Below, one piece after another: positions 9,101-18,459 of a stretch of DNA of 64,000 bases. The DNA comes from an uncultured bacterium (GTDB taxonomy: Bacteria; Chloroflexota; UBA5177; JANWHV01), in NCBI GenBank assembly GCA_963729625.1, contig CAVSOU010000008.1, positions 256,001 through 320,000 on the forward strand. The letters run 5' to 3'. The position numbers were made by a program, and so were the translations under genes. Below the pieces are notes generated by a model. It saw nothing but the letters and a program-made list of their open reading frames with translations. It did no database searches and was not told the origin of the DNA. The stretch's first letter is position 1. Each line of letters begins with the position of its first letter.

Positions 9101-9330
9101 GACCGCATACCCGCGACAGCAAGCGCTCGAGCGATGCGCTGCTCAGCAGGAAGGCTCGTGTCTCCCAGGATCGCGACGGCACGTCGCGCACGATAACCCG
9201 AGAGAAGACAATCACGCTCTCGCAGTAAGCAGGACACCTCGCGCGTCAAGCTGACAATCCGTCGCTCCAAGCAGAGAGCTTCGGCGCTTGCCGCTGTGGT
9301 AGGATTAAGGTTGTGGAGCGGTGCAACCAT
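9097..9330 (-). CDS. Hypothetical protein
   Basis: ATG after GGAGG; ATGA overlap with the primase start. Confidence 0.45.
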   Translation of the reverse strand: MVAPLHNLNPTTAASAEALCLERRIVSLTREVSCLLRERDCLLSGYRARRAVAILGDTSLPAEQRIARALAVAGMRS

Positions 9331-9508
9331 CACCACCTCCACGCTTCCCGCCGCCGGCCTGACTCGCTGGCGGCTTGCTGTCCTGGTGGGAGCGTTCACC
9401 CTGGCGCTTCCGCAGGTTGAGCCAGCCCTCGAAGACGGCCGCTGAGATGTCTTGCAGGGCTGCCTCGGGACTGATGGGCGCGGTGTCGGTTTGCGCAAGC
9501 GCAGCCAT
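9305..9508 (-). CDS. Hypothetical protein
   Basis: TGATG coupling to the upstream HTH gene. Confidence 0.45.
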   Translation of the reverse strand: MAALAQTDTAPISPEAALQDISAAVFEGWLNLRKRQGERSHQDSKPPASQAGGGKRGGGDGCTAPQP

Positions 9509-9732
9509 CAGACTGCGGCCTCGTACCGGTGGCCTTCGTCGGGCGTGAGGCCGAGCGCTCGGTCAATTTCGGCTGTCGGAACGAGAATCCTCTTCCCTGC
9601 ACGGATGACACGTACGGGAAACTCGCCCCTCGCGGCCAGCTCATAGCCGGTGCCGGGGCTAATCCCCAGGCGCCGCGATGCCTGCGGAATGCTTTGTGTC
9701 GCGCGTGCTGGCTTTGCGGTAGCGTTCGACAT
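9508..9732 (-). CDS. Excisionase/AlpA-like HTH protein
   Basis: SIPQASRRLGISPGTGYELAARGEFPVRVIRAGKRILVP is an HTH_17 pattern; AGGAGG RBS. Confidence 0.85.
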   Translation of the reverse strand: MSNATAKPARATQSIPQASRRLGISPGTGYELAARGEFPVRVIRAGKRILVPTAEIDRALGLTPDEGHRYEAAV

Positions 9733-9821
9733 ACGCGCTAACCTCCTTTTCTGGACTGTGCGGTCTTATGCCGCTAAGTCCAATTTAGGCCGGTTTAGGC
9801 GCTATGTATGTACGTATCTCG

Positions 9822-9862
9822 CGTGACACGGCACTTTCGTACTACGAATATCCGGTGTCACG
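9822..9862. promoter_or_regulatory. 41-bp imperfect inverted repeat (operator or terminator)
   Basis: CGTGACAC...GTGTCACG and inner TTCGTA-C-TACGAA share a centre at 9842; upstream of the xis-like gene. Confidence 0.45.
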
Positions 9863-9874
9863 AGGAAGCGTATA

Positions 9875-10840
9875 TCAGGCGGGAGAGGGTACCGGGTCGT
9901 TCTGGCGAAGCCACTTCTCGGCATAGCGCCGTCGCTCCCGTTCGACCCGTGCTGATTGGGTGTCTGCGAGCTGGCAGTACTTCTTCACGTAGGCGATCCG
10001 TGTTACGCGGGGGTTCTCCGCCACAGCGTCGAGCCAGCCATTATAGAGGCGCACATCCTCTAGGTATTTGTCCTTGCTGACCGTAGTAGGTCGCAGGGTT
10101 TTTGTTCGGTACCGTTCAACCTCCCGGAATGCCCTCGCGAGGTCTTCGCGGAGGTCGTCCACGTCGGCATAGAGGCCGGGAGTCATGAAGATAACCACCT
10201 GCGGATACCCCTGGCGTACGAGGTTCCTGTCGGCGTAGACTTGCCTCGTTAGGTGCAAGGCCGTCTTGGCAACCCTTTTAGGTTTCCCTGCCACTACTAA
10301 GGTTGCCTCGGGAGCTTCTATGTACGCCAACCCTTCGTCTTCGTCACGTGCCGGCGCGTATTCTGCAAGCCATACCTCAACATGCGTATGTGAAGGCGCC
10401 GCGCCTGTCCCGCCGATAGGCAGGAATGGGGGATCCTCGTCGAGGTCAGCAAGCAGTTGCTTCAGAGCAATGTCCCAGGTCTCCCGTATGGCTATATGTA
10501 AGGTGGCCTCGACCATATCCGCTGCTATCGGGGTATACCGCTCGTCGTTCACAATACCCGGGAACTGGGCGGTTATCCGGTACTCTTCCTCCGCGATCCA
10601 CGGGTATTGCGCACTCGTGCCGTTCCGTACAAGGGCCTCCGCAAGGTCGGGACGCAGGTTGGTCGCATCCATAGCACGGCATATCAGCCGCGAGTGCGAC
10701 TCTGCCAGCGCGCGCTGAAGAAGCTGGTATTCACCCAATGCAGTGCCCCAGGCGCGTACAGCACTGAGGGAGTACCGCGGCCTAGCCCACCATTCGGCAG
10801 GCTTTTCATACTTCAGGCGGGATACACTGAAATCAGCCAT
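9875..10840 (-). CDS. Hypothetical protein, possible element regulator
   Basis: About 320 aa, lower GC, GGAGGG RBS, lies between int and xis. Confidence 0.55.
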   Translation of the reverse strand: MADFSVSRLKYEKPAEWWARPRYSLSAVRAWGTALGEYQLLQRALAESHSRLICRAMDATNLRPDLAEALVRNGTSAQYPWIAEEEYRITAQFPGIVNDERYTPIAADMVEATLHIAIRETWDIALKQLLADLDEDPPFLPIGGTGAAPSHTHVEVWLAEYAPARDEDEGLAYIEAPEATLVVAGKPKRVAKTALHLTRQVYADRNLVRQGYPQVVIFMTPGLYADVDDLREDLARAFREVERYRTKTLRPTTVSKDKYLEDVRLYNGWLDAVAENPRVTRIAYVKKYCQLADTQSARVERERRRYAEKWLRQNDPVPSPA

Positions 10841-10909
10841 CGCTCGAGCCCTCCACGCTCGCGATGCGGGCCGGTTCTGTCGCAAGCAGACCGGCCTACC
10901 TACTTGATC

Positions 10910-12623
10910 TTACTTCTTGGCGACCAGCCCGGCACGTTTCCGCGCCATGTAGCGCCTCATCGCCAGCGCATGGAGTTGCTTGGACGTCAGATGTTCCGGT
11001 GACTCGACGTTGGGGCCAACGATGACTTGTTCCGCGTCGATGAGTACCTGCAGCGGCTTAGTCCATACGACCTCGGCGCGCAGCCACGTTGACCGCAGTT
11101 CAGGCACGCGCTCAACGATGGTCGCGCTTTCGACGAACATCAGGGCGAGGTTTCTAAGCTCCCGCTCCATGTCATTGGCGACGTACTGGTCGATGAGCCT
11201 CGTCAAGGCGGACTTTCTCGAACTCCGCATGGAGCGCTTTCGCGTCTGCCGGCGTCGGCGCGGGTGCCGGCAGCACAGCGAGTTCACGCTCAATACTGAC
11301 TATCTTGTCGCTCAGCTCGTTACTGCCGCGGCGATAGGCGGCCACTTCCTGCGGCGTCGGGGTATCGCCCGCCAGCAGTGTGAAGTTCTTGATATGCCGC
11401 TGGAGTTCGTCTTTCGCTACGTCGAGCCGCTTCCGGAGCAGGGGGCGCGGATCTACTGTCGGTGTAACCGTGCTCGCCGCCCGCGATAGGTCCCACGACT
11501 TGAACTGGATCCGCTTGATCTGGGCAAGTACCGCCTCATGCGCAAAGCTTGCCACGTAGTGTGACGGCTTGCAGACGGCCTCGCCGTTGGCGTGCCGTAC
11601 GCAGACATAGGTGGGCCGGTGCTTGCTGGCAGGATCTCGCACGCGGCTAATGACCATGCGGCCGCCGCACGTGCAGCGCAGCAGTCCAGCACACAGGGGA
11701 ACAGGCTGGTCGGTCAGTCTGCCGCGGAACTGCCCCGTGCGTGCATCCGTCAGCCGACGCTGCACCTGATCGAACGTCGCTTGGTCGATGAGCGCTTCAT
11801 GCTCGGCTGGAACCGTGAACTCGCTTCCATCCTCGCATCGCTCGAAGCGACCGGACGGCTGCGCGTTATAGCGAAGGTGTCCAACATAGACCGGATTGCG
11901 CAGAATGTAGTTGAGCTTATCTGTCCTCCACGTCAGGCCCTTGGGCGACTTCGGGCAAGCCGGATCGTTATTGGCCCAGCGTGCCAGCTCGAGTAATGAC
12001 TGACCAGACGCATACCGCGTGTACAGCTCAGTGACGAACGACGCTGCAGGCTCGTTGCGGGTCAGTGTGCCGGCTTGGTAGCGCCCGCCGCCGGTCCGCT
12101 CCTGATAGCGCAGGACATAGCCGAAGGGGACGATGCCGTGATGCTTGCCTTCCCGCACTGAACGCTCCAGACTGGGGCGGACGCGGCGTGCGAGCTCCCG
12201 GCTATATTGCTCGGCCATGCCGCTCCGTACGAAGCGCATGATACCAGGCTCCTCGGTCCCCTCTCGGACGGAGATGAGCTTGACTCCCAGATTCTCCATC
12301 TCGCGGCAGCGGACGATCAGCTCGCCGCCATCGCGCCCGAGCCGGTCGAGTTGGTGCACGATGACAGCGCCGATGGTCCCGCTTCGCACGGACGCCAAAA
12401 GTCGCTGGTAGCCATGACGAGTGAGCTTGTGGCCGCTCTCGAAATCGCTTTCCATCTGCGCGACGTCGAGCCCGTGCTCGGCTGCGTAGCTCCTGATTGC
12501 CTCCTCCTGAAGTTCTGGGCTGTAACCGTCGCTCTGCTTGAGCGTGCTGACTCTGATATAGCCTGCTGCTCTTGTCGCGACCGCCGGGAGTGCCGTCAAG
12601 CGTCGTGCTGGTGCTGTCATCAC
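10910..12623 (-). CDS. Large serine recombinase/integrase with an apparent frameshift near 11215
   Basis: YIRVST, DRLGRD, recombinase domain, Zn ribbon LLRCTCGG...YVC...C and coiled coil; a typical C-terminal segment (ERELRNLALMFVESATI) continues in another frame to 10910. Confidence 0.9.
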
Positions 12624-12656
12624 GTCCTCCTTCGGGGACTCTCTCCCCTTAAGAGA

Positions 12657-12665
12657 ATTATATCA
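12657..12665 (-). promoter_or_regulatory. Extended -10 promoter of the integrase
   Basis: TGaTATAAT on the minus strand about 35 nt upstream of the start codon, with an AAGGAGG RBS between. Confidence 0.6.
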
Positions 12666-12669
12666 TAAA

Positions 12670-12710
12670 CAACACTAACAGGTAAATAGTTCGTTCTTAC
12701 CCATCTGTCT
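12670..12710. other. Putative att junction of the satellite
   Basis: terL reading frame loses similarity right after GKNEL and stops (FTC*); abrupt AT-rich sequence; short dyad GGTAA-N11-TTACC at 12681-12701. Confidence 0.6.
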
Positions 12711-12878
12711 GGCCATCATCACGGTAAGCGTGTCTCCCTTGCGGGAGAGCACCGCCCTGACGATGGCGCGAGCGATCTCCGCCTGGTAGGGCCGGAGCGG
12801 CCTCTTTACCACGGACTCGCTAAAGCGCACGACGTCGTCCAGCAAGACTTCGACTGATGAGGGTGTCGCGGCAGACAC
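12675..12878 (-). pseudogene. 5' fragment of a terminase large subunit, interrupted by the satellite
   Basis: AAGGAGG RBS; LRPYQ adenine-binding motif and TVMMARQMGKNEL terminase-type Walker A, then a premature stop next to the integrase promoter. Confidence 0.75.
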
Positions 12879-12978
12879 ACGGACCTCCTTTGGAGGGGGA
12901 CGTCGGGCCGGCTCGCAGCCGGCGGTGATCCTGTGAGCCGGAGCAACCGCCGTGCGGAATCAGCGCGGAGTGCGCGGA

Positions 12979-13016
12979 GAAGAAACAACGGCACCCCGGC
13001 ATGTACCGGGGTGCTG
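12979..13016 (-). terminator. Rho-independent terminator after the pilin gene
   Basis: GCACCCCGGT-AC-ATGCCGGGGTGC-type stem-loop followed by GTTGTTTCTT on the minus strand. Confidence 0.65.
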
Positions 13017-13068
13017 TGCCGCGTGAGTTTGTCGGAGCGCGAACGCCGGCGCTGCCGGCCGGCTGCGG

Positions 13069-13266
13069 TCAGATACCGTTGGCGACGTTGTTCAGCTGTG
13101 TGCTGATTGCCGGCTGCAGGAACTTGAGAGCGACGATGACCATGATGGCGATGAACGCTAGGATCAGGGCGTACTCCACCAAGCCCTGGCCTCTGTCATC
13201 GGCAAATCGTTTGGCCAAGACTTGCTGCAGGCGTTGGGTTGCCCTAACCCAGAGTTCAGTAATCAT
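13069..13266 (-). CDS. flp: Flp/type IVb pilin
   Basis: DDRG/QGLVEYALILAFIAIMVIVAL prepilin cleavage and Flp motif; GGAGG RBS. Confidence 0.92.
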   Translation of the reverse strand: MITELWVRATQRLQQVLAKRFADDRGQGLVEYALILAFIAIMVIVALKFLQPAISTQLNNVANGI

Positions 13267-13717
13267 ATCGTTCCTCCCCCCTCGGGCGTGTGCCGAGGGT
13301 ATCATCCCGGCTGAGCGGCGCCGTGTGCACGTTCACTCTGACGTTACGCGTATGGCCACGGTTGCGGGCCATGCATCTGGTATGCGTACTATAGCTAATC
13401 CGAATGGGTATTGACAGCGCCTTTTCGGAGGTGTTTATGCTCCTAATTGGCTGGTTTTTACCCGGCGTTTGGGCGGCTGCGTGCGTAGGAGCGGCAGACA
13501 CGGCGGGCAGCGAGGCGATTCGACGGGGGAACCGGATGCCTTCGAAATCGTGCCGGCGGTCGACCGATGACTGAACGTTCGCGCAACCGGCGGGCCCAGT
13601 TGCCCGAACAGTGCCCTGGCGTAGCGATTTGGACCAGCTTCGGCGTGTGCTCACGCGAGGGAGATCGCAGTAGCCGAAGCGTTCCCATGACATCGCGAGT
13701 GCAGGCCGGCCGGCAGA

Positions 13718-14095
13718 TCACCTGGTGTCTGCACGTTGCTGGATGGCTGCGGCCGCCCGTTCAAGCTCCTGTTCAAGTGCACTTTGATCCGTATCGCCGC
13801 CTGTGCCGTGAGCGCGGAGTGCCTTGACGATCAGATCGATCAGGCGCATCGTGAGCTGGACCGTGGCCGGACTCGTGCTGGTCTTCGTGCGGGTCTTCGT
13901 GCTCCGGAGCAGCAGAAAGAGGTGCAGGCGAAGCAGAGCGATTTCACCATTCAATCCGTGCTCGCTTTGCGCGCTCTCGAAGATCTCGCGCTCTTCGTCG
14001 GGCAATGCGTGGCCGTAAAAGCTCTGGCCTGAACTGCTTGGCACACGTGCTTCAGCGGCGTCCGGATGCAGCAGCTTGGGTTCCGCGCTGGTCAC
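13718..14095 (-). CDS. Putative terminase small subunit of the virion cluster
   Basis: SFYGHALPDEE...GLNGEIALLRL resembles the FY...L.DEIALLR small-terminase-like family as I recall it; AGGAGG RBS; upstream of the terL fragment. Confidence 0.55.
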   Translation of the reverse strand: MTSAEPKLLHPDAAEARVPSSSGQSFYGHALPDEEREIFESAQSEHGLNGEIALLRLHLFLLLRSTKTRTKTSTSPATVQLTMRLIDLIVKALRAHGTGGDTDQSALEQELERAAAAIQQRADTR

Positions 14096-14105
14096 GGTGT
14101 TCCTC

Positions 14106-15908
14106 CTAATCCCGCCGCCCGGACAGATACCACGATCCATCCCTCTGCTCCTGGTAAATCTCCAGTACGGCGCCTTGCATGGTCTCTACCAGGTAGTAGT
14201 AACGGTGAGTAGGCGTGGACCACCAGTTGGTACGGATGCGCCACTGGCTGCAAACCGCGCGCAGCGATTCCCAGGCGCGAGGATCGCGGCGCACGGCCGC
14301 CGGCAGTCCCGAGGCCGTGACGCGTACCTCAATGCGACTGGTGCGAAAGGTTACGAGATTGCCCGGACCATCCCAGGTTACGCGGTCCTCCGGCAGCGGC
14401 GCATCCGCGACCAGTTGAACGCGGCGGGCAGCGCGCGGGCCAAAACGCCCGCGCAGCCGATGCGCCAGCACCTCCAATCGCTCGCGCCCAGCCAGAATGG
14501 GATCGGCGCCCAGCAAAGTACCCTGCGTGGCAGCCAGGTCCAGGCCGGCAGCCTCCAAGCGCAAGCTCACCACTGGCCTGTCGGGCGCCAGCTGCACCAA
14601 GAGCTCACGTGCACGATCCAGAATAGCCGGCGCACCTGCCACGGGTTGCTTGAGATGCAGCTTGACACTCCGGCCTTCGGATCCTGGTACCCACTCGGGG
14701 GTGCGGAGCACACCACGGGGGGTCGTGTCCCCAGCACATCGCCTCGAAGTGCCTGCCGGGGTACCCCCCGAAGGGTGGGTCGTCGTGGGTCGTGGACTGA
14801 TCCCGCTACCGCGCGAACTTTCCCTATTGGATCGCGTTCCAATCGTGGTCGTCATCGCGATAGTCAGCCTGAGCACTGCCGCCGACTGCCCGCGCATCGC
14901 CAGCTTGGCGGCCAGCAGATCGGCCAGCCGCATCAGCTCGCGGTCCAGCCAGAGACCGTCCGCCGTTGCGTCTTCCAGATCGCACGCAACGTCGACCATG
15001 CTGGGCGCCGGAGGACTGACTACTGGACGTTGAGCCGCACCGCGCGCCTGCTCGTGCGCAATCCGGCCCGTCTGGCCGAAGCGACGCTGCACCGCCCTTT
15101 CCGGTAAATGGGCAAATTGCCCGGCAGTCCGAATACCAAGCGCGTGCAGGCGCTCGAGCACGCGCGGATCAAAGTCGTTGAACAGCGCGAGTGGGAGAGA
15201 CTGTAGAAATGTCTGCTCTTGCCCGTCTTGCACCTCGACCGGGTTGTCCGGAGCGGCGACTGCCGCGGCAACTGCCGCCAGGGAAGGATTGGCAGCAACG
15301 CCGATACGGGCCTGGAAGCCACGGGCAGCCAGTGAAGCGCCGATGGCCGCAGCGATGATCGCGGGCCGGCCGAACAACCGCTCGCAGCCGTGCACGTCGA
15401 GCGTCGCGCCGAAGCGTCGCGCTAGCTGCTGCTCGTTCGTGACGGCTACTTTGCGCCCGGTGGCCGCCTGAATCCATTCAGGCTCTACGTGTGGCGTGTA
15501 CCGGCCGAGCATCTCCAGCACCTCCTGCGCGGCGGCGTCGATGGCCGCCGGATTGGCGGGCAGCGTCAGGGCATGCGGGCACAGTTTCTCGGCCGCTCGC
15601 AAGGTCATCCCTGCCAGAACACCCTCGGCGCGCGCGGCAGGCGAAGCGGCCAGGACAGCGCGCCACCCACTCTGGGGGGTCCCCGGCTGCGCATCGCCGC
15701 CCACGATCAGCGCAGCACCACCTAATTCCGGCCGGTCACGCAGCACCAGGGCCGCGGCAAAATCGTCGATCCGTATGGAGATAATGCTGGGCTCGCGCTC
15801 CGCACCCGCATTTGGAGCGCGCACGACCTGCAGCCGGTCAGGTGCGGGTATGCGCCGACCGGCGGTTGTGGATGCCAGGCTCCTGGCAGTCGCATCACGC
15901 TCAGCCAT
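14106..15908 (-). CDS. Y-family polymerase-like protein (ImuB-like, likely inactive) with a DUF6504-like C-terminus
   Basis: RPELGGAALIVGG, ASPAARAEGVLAGMTLRAAEKLCP, LGIRTAGQFA. Catalytic D-x-D-x-FY and SIDE motifs are degenerate (IRIDDFAA; no SIDE). C-terminus QWRIRTNWW...YYLVET...WYL. Confidence 0.8.
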   Translation of the reverse strand: MAERDATARSLASTTAGRRIPAPDRLQVVRAPNAGAEREPSIISIRIDDFAAALVLRDRPELGGAALIVGGDAQPGTPQSGWRAVLAASPAARAEGVLAGMTLRAAEKLCPHALTLPANPAAIDAAAQEVLEMLGRYTPHVEPEWIQAATGRKVAVTNEQQLARRFGATLDVHGCERLFGRPAIIAAAIGASLAARGFQARIGVAANPSLAAVAAAVAAPDNPVEVQDGQEQTFLQSLPLALFNDFDPRVLERLHALGIRTAGQFAHLPERAVQRRFGQTGRIAHEQARGAAQRPVVSPPAPSMVDVACDLEDATADGLWLDRELMRLADLLAAKLAMRGQSAAVLRLTIAMTTTIGTRSNRESSRGSGISPRPTTTHPSGGTPAGTSRRCAGDTTPRGVLRTPEWVPGSEGRSVKLHLKQPVAGAPAILDRARELLVQLAPDRPVVSLRLEAAGLDLAATQGTLLGADPILAGRERLEVLAHRLRGRFGPRAARRVQLVADAPLPEDRVTWDGPGNLVTFRTSRIEVRVTASGLPAAVRRDPRAWESLRAVCSQWRIRTNWWSTPTHRYYYLVETMQGAVLEIYQEQRDGSWYLSGRRD

Positions 15909-16473
15909 GCTGCCCTCCGCGAGCTTCGCCGGTGGCTCGCCGCGCGCGTACTCGGTCGTTGAGGTGCAGGCGATACCGTTCCACGATCGGGATCGGCATG
16001 CTCGCCTGCTCGAACAGCGGGCAATGCGCCAGGTCGTGATCGTCTTGCGGCGGAATGCGGCGGCGCACGAAGGCGGACGCGCTGATTGGACTCTGCCAAC
16101 ACTGGTTCATGCACCGCAACATCAGCAGATGAATCAAGCCGCGCCGGCCGTCGATCGCCGCGATGGCGATTTCCTCCACGTAGCGGCACCACAGGCATCG
16201 TGCCCTGGCTACATACTCCGCATCTGTTGGGTGAAAGTGGAGCCGGAGTGCGGCTGTATAGCTAGGCGAAGCCGTGTCGGTCCAGCAGACTTCCAGCGGG
16301 CACGTCATGCCAAGGCAGCCAGTATAGGTGTGGTTTGTCTTGATACAGGGATACCAGCGTGTGGAACTCTGTTCCCGTATCGGCACGGTGAAAGGCAGCC
16401 GTGGCCCTTCCTCGACGTGAAAGCCGTAGGCGCTCTTCAGCCCCAAAGCCTTGGCGAGTGCCGTCTCATCCAT
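15901..16473 (-). CDS. Cys-rich hypothetical protein
   Basis: 190 aa, overlaps the polymerase start; several Cys including CLWC. Confidence 0.5.
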   Translation of the reverse strand: MDETALAKALGLKSAYGFHVEEGPRLPFTVPIREQSSTRWYPCIKTNHTYTGCLGMTCPLEVCWTDTASPSYTAALRLHFHPTDAEYVARARCLWCRYVEEIAIAAIDGRRGLIHLLMLRCMNQCWQSPISASAFVRRRIPPQDDHDLAHCPLFEQASMPIPIVERYRLHLNDRVRARRATGEARGGQHG

Positions 16474-16479
16474 CCGTCG

Positions 16480-18459
16480 TCACATTCCTTCACAGCTCAG
16501 CTGCAGCTCATACTGCGAGGACCGCGCATCCACCGTCAGCCGCAGCCCCACGATCCGGCACGATAACCCCGGCAAAATGCTGTCGGTCAGAGCCACCGCG
16601 TCATACAGCTCTAACGCCGGGTTCGGCCCCACCGTCAGCTGCACCTGCGTCGCCAGCCGCTGCTCACGCGCCAGCGCGAATTGCGCCGCATACACCGCCC
16701 CGCCCGCCGTCGTCGCCAGCTGCTCTACCACCAGCGCGTATCGCTCACGCCCCGTCGCCGCCAGGTCCGCGCTGTCCCATACCTCGGCCACCGCCGCCGC
16801 GATCTTGGTCGGCCCGCGCACCGCTACCCGGTTCGCCCGGTCGCCGTCCACGCCCACCTGCAGCGCCTCCGCCTCCACGCCGTAGCTCCATACCGTCGCC
16901 TGGCTCGCACTCTTGCCGATCACGTCCAGCCAGTCTACCGCCGCGAAGGCCACGCCCGGCGCCGGCACCACCCGCACCCGCCAGGCCCCCGCCCAGGCAC
17001 GCAGCATCCGCTGCATGGCCAGCGTGTAGGTCTCGCCGGCCACCAGCTGGTAGGTCGTTACGATCTGGTTGAACTGCTGCGACCCGTCGATCGTCGAGGC
17101 CCGCTCGAACCCCGCCTGCGCCGCCAGGTCGAACACGATGTCAATAATCTGCCTGGACGCGTAGGAGAGCGGCACGCATGTCTCATACTCCAGACACCAG
17201 GACGCGTCCAGGGCCACGATCGCGATCTCGCTCACGTCCACCGCACGCGCGAAGGTCCACGATTCCACGTAGAAGAGGTGCGTCGGTATGAGACCGGCGC
17301 CCACGAAACCCTGGCTGAGCAGGATCTGGGCCCGCACTTTCAGCGCTGCCAGGCCGCTGTATTGCCCCGCGCTGTTGTCCAGCGTCGCCGTCAGCGTGGC
17401 CGGCTTGCCCTCCGCCTCTACGACCTCAAGCCGCAGCAGATCCGCCGTCAGGTCGCGGTAGTCCGTCGCCGGGTCGTAGCTCGGCGCGAACAGCACCGCC
17501 TCCAGGCCCGCGAGCACCTGGCCCAGCGCGTGCTGCAGCCAGACCGCCCCACACGTCACCGCCGTCCCCGGCGACGCCGTGCCGGCCGTCCAGTGCACGA
17601 AGTCCGCTGAGCTGGCACGCACCAGTCGCGCATACGGCACGCCATCCACGGCGCCGGAGTCCTGCTCGACCCATGTCAGCCGGTAGAGCCCGCCCCAGTG
17701 CGTCAGGTGCGGATAGGCCGCATAGATGCCCGTCGCCAGCAGCAGCGTCTGCAGCGGCGTGAGCACCGACCAGGCCGGAGCGCCGCCATATACGTACGTG
17801 CAGCTCACCAGCCTGCTTGGCGAGCCCGCCGCCTGCCAGCCGGCCAGCACCACGCTGTAGCTGCCGTCCACGTTGCGCACGGCGTCGATGCCCACCACCT
17901 GGCCCCAGTCCCCGTTCGTCCAGTCGAGGCCCGACCACGTGCCGGCCAGATGCCAGGCGGCCGGCCGCGCCACGCCCGTCCCCGGGTTGTAGGCGAGAAG
18001 GACCGTGCCCAGGTCGCCGTCGCCCGCCAGGCCCCAGCAGGCGTGAGCAGGGTCGAAGAGGACGGCCGTCGCGCCCCAGCTCACCCCGCTGTCCGTCGAG
18101 TCCGTCGCGCACACCTGCGTGGTGCTCGTCTTCTGCCACAGCACGCGCACCGTCGCCCCGGCCACGATGCAGCAGCAGCCGGCCTGCAGCCGCGCGTCGC
18201 TCGTCAAAAACGTCCAGGCGTTCCATAGCACCACGTCGGACGGGTCCGTGACCCGAATGATGTAGAGCCCGCTCGACAGCACGCAGGCAGCCACGAGTGC
18301 CCCGTCCGGGGCAATGCAGGCGCTGGTCCGCGAGGCGGTTTCGCCCAGGGCGCGCACCACCGCGAAGTGCGGCGCCGCGTCCGCCAGCTCCAGCCGCACA
18401 TCCGGCGGGGATCCGAACGTCTGGGCCGCCGCAGTCAGATAGGGAGAAAGCGTCCTCAT
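16480..18459 (-). CDS. Phage tail/baseplate-hub-like protein
   Basis: Starts MRTLSPYL (ATGA overlap); propeller-like N-terminus; LTATLDNSAGQY and PNPALELYDAV motifs typical of tail hub proteins. Confidence 0.65.
   Translation of the reverse strand: MRTLSPYLTAAAQTFGSPPDVRLELADAAPHFAVVRALGETASRTSACIAPDGALVAACVLSSGLYIIRVTDPSDVVLWNAWTFLTSDARLQAGCCCIVAGATVRVLWQKTSTTQVCATDSTDSGVSWGATAVLFDPAHACWGLAGDGDLGTVLLAYNPGTGVARPAAWHLAGTWSGLDWTNGDWGQVVGIDAVRNVDGSYSVVLAGWQAAGSPSRLVSCTYVYGGAPAWSVLTPLQTLLLATGIYAAYPHLTHWGGLYRLTWVEQDSGAVDGVPYARLVRASSADFVHWTAGTASPGTAVTCGAVWLQHALGQVLAGLEAVLFAPSYDPATDYRDLTADLLRLEVVEAEGKPATLTATLDNSAGQYSGLAALKVRAQILLSQGFVGAGLIPTHLFYVESWTFARAVDVSEIAIVALDASWCLEYETCVPLSYASRQIIDIVFDLAAQAGFERASTIDGSQQFNQIVTTYQLVAGETYTLAMQRMLRAWAGAWRVRVVPAPGVAFAAVDWLDVIGKSASQATVWSYGVEAEALQVGVDGDRANRVAVRGPTKIAAAVAEVWDSADLAATGRERYALVVEQLATTAGGAVYAAQFALAREQRLATQVQLTVGPNPALELYDAVALTDSILPGLSCRIVGLRLTVDARSSQYELQLSCEGM

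Larger units (their letters stand above)
1..12700 (-). mobile_element. Integrated phage-satellite/PICI-like element (left end outside window)
   Basis: Gene order int - regulator - xis - primase/helicase - ori - small ORFs - ParB - radical SAM - terS - terL(ATPase) - terL(nuclease) - TA; no capsid or portal; right boundary truncates another terL gene. Confidence 0.8.
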
